Shown here piece by piece: positions 12,645 to 22,662 of a stretch of DNA of 64,000 bases. The stretch covers positions 6,558 to 70,557 of the forward strand of contig CAXRDL010000054.1 in NCBI GenBank assembly GCA_964229535.1, read 5' to 3'. Position 1 is the stretch's first letter. The number at the start of each line of letters is the position of its first letter. The notes beneath the pieces are model-generated. The model made no database searches. It saw only the letters and a list, made by a program, of their open reading frames with translations, and was not told the DNA's origin. A program made the translations under genes and the position numbers. This DNA comes from Flavobacteriaceae bacterium (GTDB lineage Bacteria; Bacteroidota; Bacteroidia; Flavobacteriales; Flavobacteriaceae).

Positions 12645-14222
12645 ATGCAACGTGGACTCTTCCTTGTACTAATCTCATTGATGACACTTTCTCTGGTTGG
12701 GATTATTCTCATCCAACGTTCATGGATCAACAAAAATGAAAGCAATTTTGAAAGACAGTTTGGACTGAGTGTAAGTGCCGCAATTTCAGAAGTATCTTCG
12801 CAGATAAAAGAAAGGGAATTACTTGATTATTTGTCTGTATACCAAAAAATGATTGACAGTATTGGCACCCCAAAGTATTCAGAGCTGACAGAGGTTTTTG
12901 AATATATCGATCGAAGCCCCGGCTCTGATATTTCTTATTTATACCAACAAGGAATCATAGAAGATAACTATGATATTTCACTCCAAACATTCGATTCTTT
13001 AAGTAACGATTCTGCTCCCATCCTCGACTATCGCAGGATTAAGTCACTGACCATTATTGATGAGAGTTTTGAAAATGAGGTTCAAAACATGAGTTCTGCC
13101 GAACGATTACAGCGTATTGAAAGGATGTCGACAATGGATAAAGCTCGTTATGAAACGATTTTCATGGACTTTGCACAAACAAAGCCAATCCAAATGCGGA
13201 TAAACAACCTAGAACTGGAACTCCTTCTTCGACAAGAGCTTCTTCTCCGCGAAATCAAAATTCCCTTTGAGTTTCGTGTTTTTGATGGGAATCAAATTAC
13301 AGACGTCGGTTCTGAAAACTACCTATCTGTTCTTAATGAAAGTCAGTTTAAGACTCCTTTGTTTATTAGGGACGACGAAACACACCGCTACGAGTTGCGG
13401 TTGGCCTTCCCCAATTTAGATCGATTTATTGAAGAATCTGTTTACAATACATTTTTGCTATCGCTACTGTTCACCTTTATCATCATTGTTGTTTTTGCTG
13501 CTTCCCTATATCAGATTATAAAGCAAAAGAAGATTTCAGACATAAAGTCAGACTTTATCAATAATATGACTCATGAGTTTAAAACCCCAATCGCGACAAT
13601 TCATTTGGCTCTTGATGCACTGAAAAATAAAGACGTTTTAAAGGATTCTAAAAAATCATTTGGCTATCTCGATATGATCAGAGAGGAAAACAAACGTTTA
13701 CATACACACGTTGAAAACGTCTTGCAAATTTCTCTACTAGAAAAACAAGAATTGGACTTAGCCAAAGAAAATATAGACCCACACAAAACCATACAAAATG
13801 CCCTAGATCATGTGCGCTTAATTATTGAAAATCGCGGTGGGAAGCTCAGCCAGCGTTTTACACCCGAATCCATCCAATTATTGATTTCGCCTGTTCACAT
13901 GACAAATGTTTGGGTAAACCTTTTAGACAATGCGATTAAATACTCAAATAACCAACTGGTCGTTGATGTGGAAACTTTTTTAGATGAGAAAGAATTTGTT
14001 GTTAAAATCAAAGACAAAGGAATTGGGATGAGCGCAACTGTTCGCAAAAGAATATTTGATAAATTTTATAGAGAATCATCTGGAAATGTTCATAATGTGA
14101 AGGGTCATGGTTTGGGACTAGCTTATGTCAAGCAAATTGTGAATATGCATTCTGGCACGATTTCTGTTTCTAGTATTCTAAACCAAGGAAGTACATTTAC
14201 CGTATTTCTACCTTTAGCATAA
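12645..14222 (+). CDS. Two-component sensor histidine kinase
   Basis: Two TM segments flank a periplasmic domain of about 250 aa. H-box MTHEFKTPIATI, N-box LLDNAIKYS, G-boxes DKGIGMS and GHGLGLAYV. The ATG at 12645 is preferred over the TTG at 12639. Confidence 0.85.
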   Translation: MQRGLFLVLISLMTLSLVGIILIQRSWINKNESNFERQFGLSVSAAISEVSSQIKERELLDYLSVYQKMIDSIGTPKYSELTEVFEYIDRSPGSDISYLYQQGIIEDNYDISLQTFDSLSNDSAPILDYRRIKSLTIIDESFENEVQNMSSAERLQRIERMSTMDKARYETIFMDFAQTKPIQMRINNLELELLLRQELLLREIKIPFEFRVFDGNQITDVGSENYLSVLNESQFKTPLFIRDDETHRYELRLAFPNLDRFIEESVYNTFLLSLLFTFIIIVVFAASLYQIIKQKKISDIKSDFINNMTHEFKTPIATIHLALDALKNKDVLKDSKKSFGYLDMIREENKRLHTHVENVLQISLLEKQELDLAKENIDPHKTIQNALDHVRLIIENRGGKLSQRFTPESIQLLISPVHMTNVWVNLLDNAIKYSNNQLVVDVETFLDEKEFVVKIKDKGIGMSATVRKRIFDKFYRESSGNVHNVKGHGLGLAYVKQIVNMHSGTISVSSILNQGSTFTVFLPLA

Positions 14223-14231
14223 GTGAATCAA

Positions 14232-14933
14232 ATGATTTCTAAGAGCAAACAGATATTATTAGTCGAAGATGATGTTAACTTTGGAACGGTTTTAAGAGAT
14301 TATCTTCAGTTAAATGGCTATAAAGTCGTTCTTGCACGGAATGGGCTTGAGGGTTTTGAAAAATTTAAAAAAAATGAATTTGACATCTGCATTTTAGATG
14401 TAATGATGCCCTACAAAGATGGCTTTACCCTCGCCAAAGAAATTCGATCAAATGACAAATCAATACCGATTGTTTTTTTAACTGCAAAGTCCATGAAAGA
14501 GGATGTGTTGAAAGGATATAAAATAGGTGCTGATGACTATTTGACAAAACCTTTTGACGCAGAGATACTCTTGAAAAAATTAGAAGTCCTGATTCAGCGT
14601 ACCGAAAAAAGTGTGCAAAAATCCAAACCCAAATCTCGAATCGTCGTTGGAGACTTTATTTTTAATCCTCGTCTGCGAACTCTCACATACAAGAAGGATA
14701 CGCCAACAAACCTCTCACCGAAAGAAAATCAACTACTACTCATGTTGGTTGAAACCCAAAACGACTTGTTGTCTCGCAACAAAGCACTGGAAGAAATCTG
14801 GAATGATAATAATTACTTTACTTCCAGAAGCATGGATGTATACATTGCCAAGTTGCGCAAGTATCTTCGCCAAGACACTTCTGTTGAAATTGCGAATATT
14901 CACGGAGAGGGTTTCCGCTTGATCACGAGCTAA
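14232..14933 (+). CDS. OmpR-family response regulator (receiver + winged helix)
   Basis: Receiver motifs ILLVEDD, ILDVMMP and LTAKS, with a C-terminal wHTH RSMDVYIAKLRKYL. The ATG at 14232 is preferred over the GTG at 14223. Confidence 0.9.
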   Translation: MISKSKQILLVEDDVNFGTVLRDYLQLNGYKVVLARNGLEGFEKFKKNEFDICILDVMMPYKDGFTLAKEIRSNDKSIPIVFLTAKSMKEDVLKGYKIGADDYLTKPFDAEILLKKLEVLIQRTEKSVQKSKPKSRIVVGDFIFNPRLRTLTYKKDTPTNLSPKENQLLLMLVETQNDLLSRNKALEEIWNDNNYFTSRSMDVYIAKLRKYLRQDTSVEIANIHGEGFRLITS

Positions 14934-15817
14934 GAACGTGGGTGAAATTTTTCGAGCGTCTGTTGTAAATGCTTTTTACTCATGTGCAAATACCTCTCAG
15001 TTGTTGTGATGCTGCTATGACCCAGCATTTGTTGTACAGAGCTGATATCAGCACCATTTTCAACGAGATGCGTTGCAAATGAATGACGTAAACTATGTGG
15101 ACCAATGGTTTTTTCGACCCCAGCATTTTCTGCCCCTTTTCTGACGATTATAAAAATCATATTTCGCGTGAGTTTTGTTCCTCTGTTGTTTAGAAACAAG
15201 ATATCACTAAATCCTTTTTTTCCTTCTGCCCGTATCGATAAATATCGCCGAACAGACTCTTGACCTATCCGTCCAATGGGGACAAATCGCTCTTTGTTTC
15301 CCTTGCCAACTACTTTGACCAAACCCTCATCAAAAAATAAATCCGAACAACGAAGGTTAACGAGTTCACTGACTCGCAAACCGCAGGAGTATAGCATTTC
15401 GAGTATGGCAGTATTTCGGATGTCTAAGGGTCGATCTTCATCAAAGCTAGTGAGAAGTTTTTCGACTTCTGATGTGGATAAGGTAACTGGTAGGACAGAC
15501 CCGATCTTAGGCGGTTCAACTAAAGTAACGGGATTGTTGCTCCGCAAACCCTCAACCATAAGAAAGTCAAAAAATGTCCGAAGACCAGAAAGTAATCGAG
15601 ACTGAGACGAAGGCTTCACTTCTTTGGCAGCTTCATAAATGAATTGAAGTAGTTCCGAAGACGAAACTTTAGTCGGACCAATCGCGACATTATTGGTCTC
15701 AAAATAGGCAACTAGTTTTTGAACGTCATACACATAGTTGACCACCGTGTTTTCCGAGAGCCCACGTTCGAGAAGTAAGTATGATTTAAAAGATTGAATA
15801 CCTTCACTCCAGTTCAT
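14930..15817 (-). CDS. xerD: Site-specific tyrosine recombinase XerD
   Basis: 295 aa. Has the R..HxxR..Y catalytic set (HSLRHSFATHL, LGHSSITTTERYLH). Divergent from aroQ, as in many Bacteroidota. I saw no flanking repeats or cargo. Confidence 0.85.
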   Translation of the reverse strand: MNWSEGIQSFKSYLLLERGLSENTVVNYVYDVQKLVAYFETNNVAIGPTKVSSSELLQFIYEAAKEVKPSSQSRLLSGLRTFFDFLMVEGLRSNNPVTLVEPPKIGSVLPVTLSTSEVEKLLTSFDEDRPLDIRNTAILEMLYSCGLRVSELVNLRCSDLFFDEGLVKVVGKGNKERFVPIGRIGQESVRRYLSIRAEGKKGFSDILFLNNRGTKLTRNMIFIIVRKGAENAGVEKTIGPHSLRHSFATHLVENGADISSVQQMLGHSSITTTERYLHMSKKHLQQTLEKFHPRS

Positions 15818-15870
15818 ATTCGAAGATACATTTTATTTACAACGGCTTTATGTCTATTTTTGCAAATATT

Positions 15871-16296
15871 ATGATGAAGATAGCGATTCTTAACGGTCCA
15901 AACCTCAACCTGTTGGGAAAACGGGAACCTGAGGTCTATGGAAAGAAAGATTTTGATGAATATTTCGGTCAATTACAATCTTTATTTCAAGAAATCAATT
16001 TGACTTACTATCAATCCAATGTGGAGGGGGAGCTCATCAATGAGCTACAGCGCGTGGGTTTTGACGTTGATGGAATTATTTTAAATGCTGCGGCATACAC
16101 CCACACTTCAGTTGGCATTGGAGATGCAATCAAAGCAATATCAGCACCAGTTATTGAGGTGCATATTTCGAATACTTTTTCCAGAGAGGACTTTCGCCAT
16201 ACTTCATTTGTAACACCAAATGCAAAAGGGTTAATTCTCGGATTCGGATTGGACGTTTATCGCTTGGCGATCGAAAGCTTTTTGCCGAAATCTTAA
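15871..16296 (+). CDS. aroQ: Type II 3-dehydroquinate dehydratase
   Basis: Motifs ILNGPNLNLLGKREPEVYG and IEVHISN. The start is probably the internal MMKIAIL (15871 or 15874) rather than 15850. Confidence 0.9.
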   Translation: MMKIAILNGPNLNLLGKREPEVYGKKDFDEYFGQLQSLFQEINLTYYQSNVEGELINELQRVGFDVDGIILNAAAYTHTSVGIGDAIKAISAPVIEVHISNTFSREDFRHTSFVTPNAKGLILGFGLDVYRLAIESFLPKS

Positions 16297-17150
16297 ATCG
16301 GACGGTGCCGATTTGTAGAGCTAAGGGTTTTATGCACCAACCAATCCGATAGCTTATCTGGAAAATAATAAGCCATTAACCGAAATACAAACTTGCCTTT
16401 GTGGACGATATATCGTGTCTTTGGCCTCTTTGCGACCAAACACTTGGCAATCAATTTGGAAACGCTTTCTACAGGAAGGGCATTGCGTTCGGCGTTCTCT
16501 ATGATTTTATCCGCTTTTTGAAGTACTTCATAGTAATCAGAATCTTTAAACTCATCCATTTTGTTCAGATTCTTCTTCCATATTTCGGTTTTGATGGGGC
16601 CAGGCTCTATAGCGATCACTTTGATGCCGTATTGTCTAAGTTCTCTGCGATAAATATCCGTCATACTCTCCAAAGCATGTTTTGAAATACTATATGCGCC
16701 GTTAAAGGGAGAGTTAAACAGACCTGAAACAGAACTGATATTGATGATGCGCCCAGGTGGTTTGCTCGAATTGGGCTTGGCTCCAAGTAGGGGGAGAAAA
16801 AGATTGGTAATTCGACGTATGGATTTAACATTGACATCGAGTTGCTTTTCAAATTGCTCTTCTGAAAGGTGTTCTAATGGTCCCGGAATTGCAATACCAG
16901 CGTTGTTAATTAACCCTGATAAAGTTTCACATTGTTCAAAAACAACCTTTGAAGCTTTGACAACTTCATCATGGTTTTGCACATCGAATCGCAGTGGGGT
17001 AAATCGGTCTGGGTAGATTTTTGAAAGATGATCTGCATCAGCTTGATTCCTGACACTTCCAAAAATATGGTATCCTTTTGCGTGTAAAATATCAAGGGAA
17101 GCCCTGCCGATACCTGATGAAACTCCTGTGATGACGACGTTTCTTGCCAT
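16293..17150 (-). CDS. SDR family oxidoreductase
   Basis: 285 aa. Cofactor motif ITGVSSGIGR, NNAG, and catalytic YSISKHAL (YxxxK). Confidence 0.85.
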   Translation of the reverse strand: MARNVVITGVSSGIGRASLDILHAKGYHIFGSVRNQADADHLSKIYPDRFTPLRFDVQNHDEVVKASKVVFEQCETLSGLINNAGIAIPGPLEHLSEEQFEKQLDVNVKSIRRITNLFLPLLGAKPNSSKPPGRIINISSVSGLFNSPFNGAYSISKHALESMTDIYRRELRQYGIKVIAIEPGPIKTEIWKKNLNKMDEFKDSDYYEVLQKADKIIENAERNALPVESVSKLIAKCLVAKRPKTRYIVHKGKFVFRLMAYYFPDKLSDWLVHKTLSSTNRHRPI

Positions 17151-17196
17151 GGTTTTTGATTTTTTCAGTATAAAACGATACTGTAAACGCTATGAC

Positions 17197-18588
17197 CTAA
17201 ATATGGATCACTTCGTCATATGCAGCAGCAACTGCCTCCATTACCGCTTCACTCATGGTCGGGTGGGGGTGAACCGATTTTAAGATTTCATGACCAGTGG
17301 TTTCGAGCTTTCGCCCAACGACGGCTTCGGCTATCATATCGGTAACTCCAGCACCAATCATGTGACAACCCAGCCATTCGCCGTATTTGGCATCAAAAAT
17401 AACTTTCACAAAACCATCTGTATGTCCTCCTGCCTGTGCTTTTCCAGATGCCGTAAATGGAAATTTACCAACTTTAACCTCAAATCCCTTTTCTTTGGCT
17501 TGCTCTTCCGTATACCCAACTGAAGCGACTTCTGGGAAACAGTAGGTACAACCAGGGACATTGTTATAATCGATAGGTTCCACATGCTGACCTGCAATTT
17601 TTTCAACACACAATATGCCTTCTGCAGAGGCAACATGAGCCAATGCTTGACCAGAAGTAACATCACCAATGGCGTAATAGCCAGGGAGGTTGGTTTGATA
17701 GAAATCGTTTACGATGATTTTATCTCGATCTGTAGCAATACCGAGCTCTTCTAGTCCGATATTTTCGATGTTTGTTTTGATTCCAACAGCAGACAAAACA
17801 ATATCCGCACTTAGCACTTCCTCTCCTTTGTCAGTTTTTACGGTTGCTTTGACCCCTTTGCCACTGGTGTCAACCTTGGTGACTTCTGCACTCGTCATCA
17901 CTTTGATTCCGCTTTTCGTGAAACTTCGCTCCATTTGTTTTGAAATTTCTTCATCCTCTACGGGGACAATTCGCGGCATATATTCGACAATGGTCACATT
18001 CGTTCCCATCGCGTTGTAGAAGTATGCAAATTCGACGCCGATCGCACCTGAACCCACAACAATCAATTTTTTTGGCTGCTTTGGCAGTGTCATTGCTTCA
18101 CGATAGCCAATCACTTTCTTCCCATCTTGTGGAAGACTGGGAAGTTCTCTGGCACGTGCTCCAGTTGCAATGATGACATGGTCGGCTTCGTATACTGTTT
18201 CGGAACCATCTTCACTGGCAACAGCTACTTTTTTACCAGATTTGAGTGTACCGTAGCCCATGATGACTTCAATTTTATTTTTCTTCATCAAAAACTGAAC
18301 GCCTTTACTCATTGTTCCAGCAACATTTCTACTTCGGTTGACAACCGCATCAAAATCTTTATCATAGTTTTCTATGGTCAGTCCATAGTCATCTGCATGT
18401 TTGAGATATTCAAAGACCTGAGCGGACTTTAAAAGTGCTTTTGTGGGAATGCATCCCCAGTTTAGACAGACACCACCTAAGCTTTCCTTCTCAATAATGG
18501 CAGTTTTTAAACCCAACTGAGATGCGCGAATTGCGGTTACATATCCTCCAGGACCACTTCCTAAAACAATAACGTCAAACTTACTCAT
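17197..18588 (-). CDS. lpdA: Dihydrolipoyl dehydrogenase
   Basis: 463 aa. FAD motif VLGSGPGGY, redox disulfide GGVCLNWGCIPTK, and C-terminal HPHPTMSE. Confidence 0.95.
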   Translation of the reverse strand: MSKFDVIVLGSGPGGYVTAIRASQLGLKTAIIEKESLGGVCLNWGCIPTKALLKSAQVFEYLKHADDYGLTIENYDKDFDAVVNRSRNVAGTMSKGVQFLMKKNKIEVIMGYGTLKSGKKVAVASEDGSETVYEADHVIIATGARARELPSLPQDGKKVIGYREAMTLPKQPKKLIVVGSGAIGVEFAYFYNAMGTNVTIVEYMPRIVPVEDEEISKQMERSFTKSGIKVMTSAEVTKVDTSGKGVKATVKTDKGEEVLSADIVLSAVGIKTNIENIGLEELGIATDRDKIIVNDFYQTNLPGYYAIGDVTSGQALAHVASAEGILCVEKIAGQHVEPIDYNNVPGCTYCFPEVASVGYTEEQAKEKGFEVKVGKFPFTASGKAQAGGHTDGFVKVIFDAKYGEWLGCHMIGAGVTDMIAEAVVGRKLETTGHEILKSVHPHPTMSEAVMEAVAAAYDEVIHI

Positions 18589-18652
18589 GTTAAAATTTTA
18601 TTTGGCGAAAATACGAAACGAAATACTAACTTAATAGGGAAAATTGGGATTC

Positions 18653-19045
18653 CTATGATTTGAAATCCAAGCTTGCAGAGTTGACGCAGTATCTTCGTTG
18701 AGATGGGGCAGGACCATCGGGAAACACATGCCCTAGATGACCTCCGCAGTTGTTACACAAAATTTCAACACGAATCATTCCATGCGAATGATCTGGCTCA
18801 TAGCGTATTTTACCACCAATCGCTTCGGAAAAGCTGGGCCAACCACAATTACTTTCGAACTTGTTGTCACTAGCAAAAAGCGGTTCTTTACAGGCTTTGC
18901 ATTGATAGGTGCCATTTTCAAAATGCAAGTTATATACTCCCGAATGTGGATATTCCGTTCCTTTTTCTCTCAGGACACGATAGGACTCCTCATCGAGTTG
19001 TTCTTTCCAGTCTTGCTCCGATTTGTAATAAGGATATTTATTCAT
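18653..19045 (-). CDS. msrB: Peptide-methionine (R)-S-oxide reductase MsrB (cytoplasmic paralog, 130 aa)
   Basis: Motifs YQCKACKEPLF, ILCNNCGGHLGHVF and RYCVNS. The internal ATG at 19045 (MNKYPYYKSEQDW) is preferred; the ORF-track start at 19144 would overlap the upstream msrB by 107 nt. Confidence 0.9.
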   Translation of the reverse strand: MNKYPYYKSEQDWKEQLDEESYRVLREKGTEYPHSGVYNLHFENGTYQCKACKEPLFASDNKFESNCGWPSFSEAIGGKIRYEPDHSHGMIRVEILCNNCGGHLGHVFPDGPAPSQRRYCVNSASLDFKS

Positions 19046-19520
19046 CGTCAGAAACAAAAGATAAAGCGACAGAATTGATACAATGCCTTTGCCCTGTGGT
19101 TTGTCGGGGACCGTCGTTGAACATATGCCCCAAATGACCGCCACAACTTGAGCAAATCAACTCAATTCTTGTGTATCCGAGTTTATTGTCTTTTCGGTAG
19201 GAAACAGCTCCCTCTACTGCTCTATCAAATGCAGGCCAGCCGCTTCCGGAATCGTACTTGTGATCTGATACATATAATGGCGCATCACAAGCTGCACATT
19301 TGTAAATACCTTGCTCATAATGGTTGTTATACAGTCCAGAAAAAGGTCTTTCGGTACCCGCTTCACGAAGTACATAATAGGCATTATCGTCGAGTTGCGC
19401 CTTCCATTCTGCATCTGTCTTATGGCAAGATAAGTCTTGAGCTGGTGCATTGGGAATTTTTGGGTTTTGACTGTAAACAGAACAGCAAATACATGTGAAA
19501 ATAAATAGGATATAATTCAT
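19038..19520 (-). CDS. msrB: Peptide-methionine (R)-S-oxide reductase MsrB (paralog with N-terminal signal peptide, 160 aa)
   Basis: Signal-like N-terminus MNYILFIFTCICCSVYSQ, then YKCAACDAPLY, LICSSCGGHLGHMF and RHCINS. Confidence 0.85.
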   Translation of the reverse strand: MNYILFIFTCICCSVYSQNPKIPNAPAQDLSCHKTDAEWKAQLDDNAYYVLREAGTERPFSGLYNNHYEQGIYKCAACDAPLYVSDHKYDSGSGWPAFDRAVEGAVSYRKDNKLGYTRIELICSSCGGHLGHMFNDGPRQTTGQRHCINSVALSFVSDDE

Positions 19521-20383
19521 GGGTGTTGATTAATAAATTGAACAATATGTTGAACCGTTTTAGAATCCCTCAGAATCCGATGATGTCCTAATCCTGAAGT
19601 CAATAATAATTCAGAGTTGTTCGCAATTTCATGAAGGTCTTTGCTATATGCAAAAGGGGTCTCTTTATCGTCTTTGTCATGGACAATTAGCAGCGGCATC
19701 TTTAGGTGTTCTAAACTCATACTAGATGAATAGCTTTCAAGGTTCATGCCAAATTGCTTCTCTACAGTTTGTATCATTCGTTCGGTGACCTTATCAGAAA
19801 ACTGAAGTTGTTCAGAAAAACGATAAAATACATTTCTAATTTTGTCTCCGCTACCAATAATTGCTACTGATTTCATCGAAATGCCATCTCGCAGAGCACG
19901 AAGTAATGCCATACTGCCCATAGAGTGTGCGATCGCATGGTCAAAAGGCCCATATTTTGCATGGACTTCTTTGATACATGCGACAAGTTCAACGATATTT
20001 GTTTTATTCCCCAAGGATTGGCCATGGGCGGGCATATCAAATGTGACAACTTCAGCATTTGATTTTCTCAATTCATCTGCAAAGGCAAAGAGTTGAGTTC
20101 CCCGACCACTCCAGCCATGCAGTAACAGTACCTTAGGTCCTTTTCCAGCGAATCTAAATACTTGAATTACTTTATCAATCTCTGGAACATAGCAACTGGT
20201 TTGTAATGCGTGCTCGTGCATCACTTGTTCACGAACAGGCCTTTTAAAGCGCTGGGGTCGAAAAAATAGATATAAAGCCAACTGAGTTGCAAGGGAAGTT
20301 GACAGTTGTTGTGAAAGCCAAACTCCGAACCGAATCCAAGTAGGAATCCGCAATACGGGACTTGTATTCTTCTTATTTTCCAT
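19517..20383 (-). CDS. Alpha/beta hydrolase
   Basis: 288 aa. HGWSGRG oxyanion region and nucleophile elbow AHSMGS. Its stop overlaps the msrB start (ATGA). Confidence 0.8.
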   Translation of the reverse strand: MENKKNTSPVLRIPTWIRFGVWLSQQLSTSLATQLALYLFFRPQRFKRPVREQVMHEHALQTSCYVPEIDKVIQVFRFAGKGPKVLLLHGWSGRGTQLFAFADELRKSNAEVVTFDMPAHGQSLGNKTNIVELVACIKEVHAKYGPFDHAIAHSMGSMALLRALRDGISMKSVAIIGSGDKIRNVFYRFSEQLQFSDKVTERMIQTVEKQFGMNLESYSSSMSLEHLKMPLLIVHDKDDKETPFAYSKDLHEIANNSELLLTSGLGHHRILRDSKTVQHIVQFINQHP

Positions 20384-20460
20384 AGCAAACGCAAATAAAG
20401 TTAATCAATTTGAAAAAACAAACATATTATTTTCACTATTTTGGTCAGCTAAATCCAATT

Positions 20461-21774
20461 ATGGGGCATTTACAAAAAGGAAGTAAAAAACTCATCCGTG
20501 CTTGGGCTTCATACGATTGGGCAAATTCTGTTTACTTTTTGGTGATTACTTCCACCATATTCCCCATTTACTACGGTTCGTTATTCGGTGACAACCTTTA
20601 CATCGACATTTTTGGGCAGTCTCTTAAAAACACCGCTTTGATTAGCTACACAACGGCAGCTGCATTTGCTGTTGTCGCGGTTTTGTCTCCCATTTTATCT
20701 GGAGTTGCTGACTATATAGGAAACAAAAAGTCTTTTATGCAATTCTACACCTATGTTGGGGCGTTGTCCTGTGTTGGATTGTATTGGTTCGAACTCGATA
20801 ATATTTATTTTGGTTTACTGTGTTATTTCTTTGCCTCTGTTGGCGCATGGCTGAGTTGGGTGTTTTACAACTCCTATCTTCCAGATATTGCCCACCCCAA
20901 ACAAATGGACAAAGCGAGTGCGTTGGGCTATTCATTGGGTTATGTGGGCAGTGTGTTGTTGTTGCTCGTCAATTTGAGCATGGTTCTCAACCCCACGATG
21001 TATGGTATTGAAGGCAGTGCAACGGAAGCGTCGATTAAGGCCATGAAATATTCTTTTGTCAGCGTTGGGGTGTGGTGGATACTTTTTAGTCAGATCGCCT
21101 TTCGATTTCTGCCCAAGGGTAATAAATCCAATGCATTGACGAGAAGCATTATTTTTAATGGATACCGAGAGCTTCGTTCCGTTTGGAAGAGTTTTTCAAG
21201 CCACTCAATTTTAAAAAGCTATATCGGAGCTTTTTTTGTATTCAGTATGGCAGTACAGACGGTCATGCTGATTGCGGCTTATTTTGGCGAGCAAGAGGTT
21301 AATTGGGGCAGCACGAGTGAAAAACAAACTGGTTTGATCGTCAGTATTATGATTATCCAACTGATTGCGATTGTCGGTGCGATACTAACAGCTCGTTTTT
21401 CAGAAAAATTTGGCAACCTTCCAGTGCTGATCGCCCTAAACTTTATATGGGTTAGTCTTTGTTTGTATGCTTTTTTTGTTAGGACACCCATACAATTTTA
21501 CATAGCAGCAGGCTTTGTAGGCTTATCGATGGGCGGGATACAATCTTTAGCCCGATCAACATATTCCAAATACATACCAAAAACCGACGATACTGCGTCC
21601 TTTTTTAGCTTTTACAGCACCTCTCAAATGACAGGAATTGTACTCGGGATGCTACTATTTGGCACGATTGATCAAGTCACTGGATCGATGCGAAACTCAG
21701 TTTTGTTTTTTCTTTCGTTTTTCTTGATTGGCGCCTTTTTACTGATTCGTCTCCACCGTAAGTCTGCGGTCTGA
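20461..21774 (+). CDS. MFS transporter (UMF1/Atg22-like family)
   Basis: About 12 hydrophobic segments. N-terminal WASYDWANSVY is typical of the UMF1 family as I remember it. The ATG at 20461 (MGHLQKG) is preferred over the TTG at 20410. Confidence 0.7.
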   Translation: MGHLQKGSKKLIRAWASYDWANSVYFLVITSTIFPIYYGSLFGDNLYIDIFGQSLKNTALISYTTAAAFAVVAVLSPILSGVADYIGNKKSFMQFYTYVGALSCVGLYWFELDNIYFGLLCYFFASVGAWLSWVFYNSYLPDIAHPKQMDKASALGYSLGYVGSVLLLLVNLSMVLNPTMYGIEGSATEASIKAMKYSFVSVGVWWILFSQIAFRFLPKGNKSNALTRSIIFNGYRELRSVWKSFSSHSILKSYIGAFFVFSMAVQTVMLIAAYFGEQEVNWGSTSEKQTGLIVSIMIIQLIAIVGAILTARFSEKFGNLPVLIALNFIWVSLCLYAFFVRTPIQFYIAAGFVGLSMGGIQSLARSTYSKYIPKTDDTASFFSFYSTSQMTGIVLGMLLFGTIDQVTGSMRNSVLFFLSFFLIGAFLLIRLHRKSAV

Positions 21775-21786
21775 AAATGTATACTT

Positions 21787-22575
21787 TTATCCACCTTGCC
21801 AAATAGATATCTCAACGCTTTTAGGTTCACCTTTATAAACGACATCCGCAGTTCCATCAATCATCGCTTTTAACTTGTCAGAACAATTGATGTTTGCCTG
21901 ACCTGATCCAGTGAGTCTCAAAAATGAGTTTTCGCTTTGCAGTTCATCTGAATGAAGATGCCCTGAACCAATAATTTTACCCTTTATGGTTTTGCAGCGT
22001 CCTTTTAGGTAAATATGTCCAGATCCAGTGATGTGTGTAGAAACTGTTTTACTTTCTACTGGAAATTGCATCACTCCAGATCCAATTAGTTCAAGCAGCA
22101 GATGTTTTGAAAATAAAGAGTTTGAACTTGAAATCTTACCCGAGCCGACAACATATATTTTAGATAATTCTTTTGCTGTCACAGTAATTTGTATTGGATT
22201 TTCTGTTTTGCTGTAAAGTCTCTTGTTGTTATGAGTATGCAAAACGAGTTTATTGCGGTTGACATCAAATTTGATATGAGGAATTATATTGGATTCACCT
22301 ACGATAGTGATGTTGTGACGATTTCCTTTTTTAAGTGTGATTTCAAAAGGACCTAAGACTTCAATCGTATCAAATTGTGAAAGTCCTTGGTGAAGAGAAT
22401 CTAGGACTGTGTTTCCAGAAATTGCATCTTGCAATTGGGGAGTAATGATAGAGCTTGATAGCACAAGCGTGATAAATAGATATTTTATGATTTTAAGATT
22501 TGGTTTTTCAAATATATAAATATTTAAATAACTGAAGTGGTGGCATGAATATTGAATAATGATAGGTGCATGCAA
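21787..22575 (-). CDS. DUF2807 (head GIN domain) beta-helix-like protein
   Basis: Repeated GSG-containing beta-strand units (VGSGKIS, IGSGVMQ, TGSGHIYLKG, IGSGHLH, TGSGQANI). A signal-like segment KIIKYLFITLVLSS lies 28 aa after the only ATG. Confidence 0.6.
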   Translation of the reverse strand: MHAPIIIQYSCHHFSYLNIYIFEKPNLKIIKYLFITLVLSSSIITPQLQDAISGNTVLDSLHQGLSQFDTIEVLGPFEITLKKGNRHNITIVGESNIIPHIKFDVNRNKLVLHTHNNKRLYSKTENPIQITVTAKELSKIYVVGSGKISSSNSLFSKHLLLELIGSGVMQFPVESKTVSTHITGSGHIYLKGRCKTIKGKIIGSGHLHSDELQSENSFLRLTGSGQANINCSDKLKAMIDGTADVVYKGEPKSVEISIWQGG

Positions 22576-22662
22576 AATATATATTATATCTGATATGATC
22601 AGCTGTAGATTACTGACAAATGAGGTGTATTTGTATAAAAGTGCGACAAAATGACATAACCC

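Noticed and set aside
14930-15817. Tyrosine recombinase as a possible marker of an integrated mobile element
   Set aside because: Its size, its motifs and the divergent aroQ neighbour fit chromosomal XerD. Both flanks are housekeeping genes with 4-nt overlaps or short spacers. No att-like repeats or cargo genes are visible.
21787-22575. Odd N-terminus of the DUF2807 protein: a 28-aa extension before the signal-like segment, which might hint at a non-canonical start or frameshift
   Set aside because: No in-frame ATG, GTG or TTG lies next to the hydrophobic segment, and the frame is continuous. This is most simply start-site uncertainty and cannot be resolved from sequence alone.
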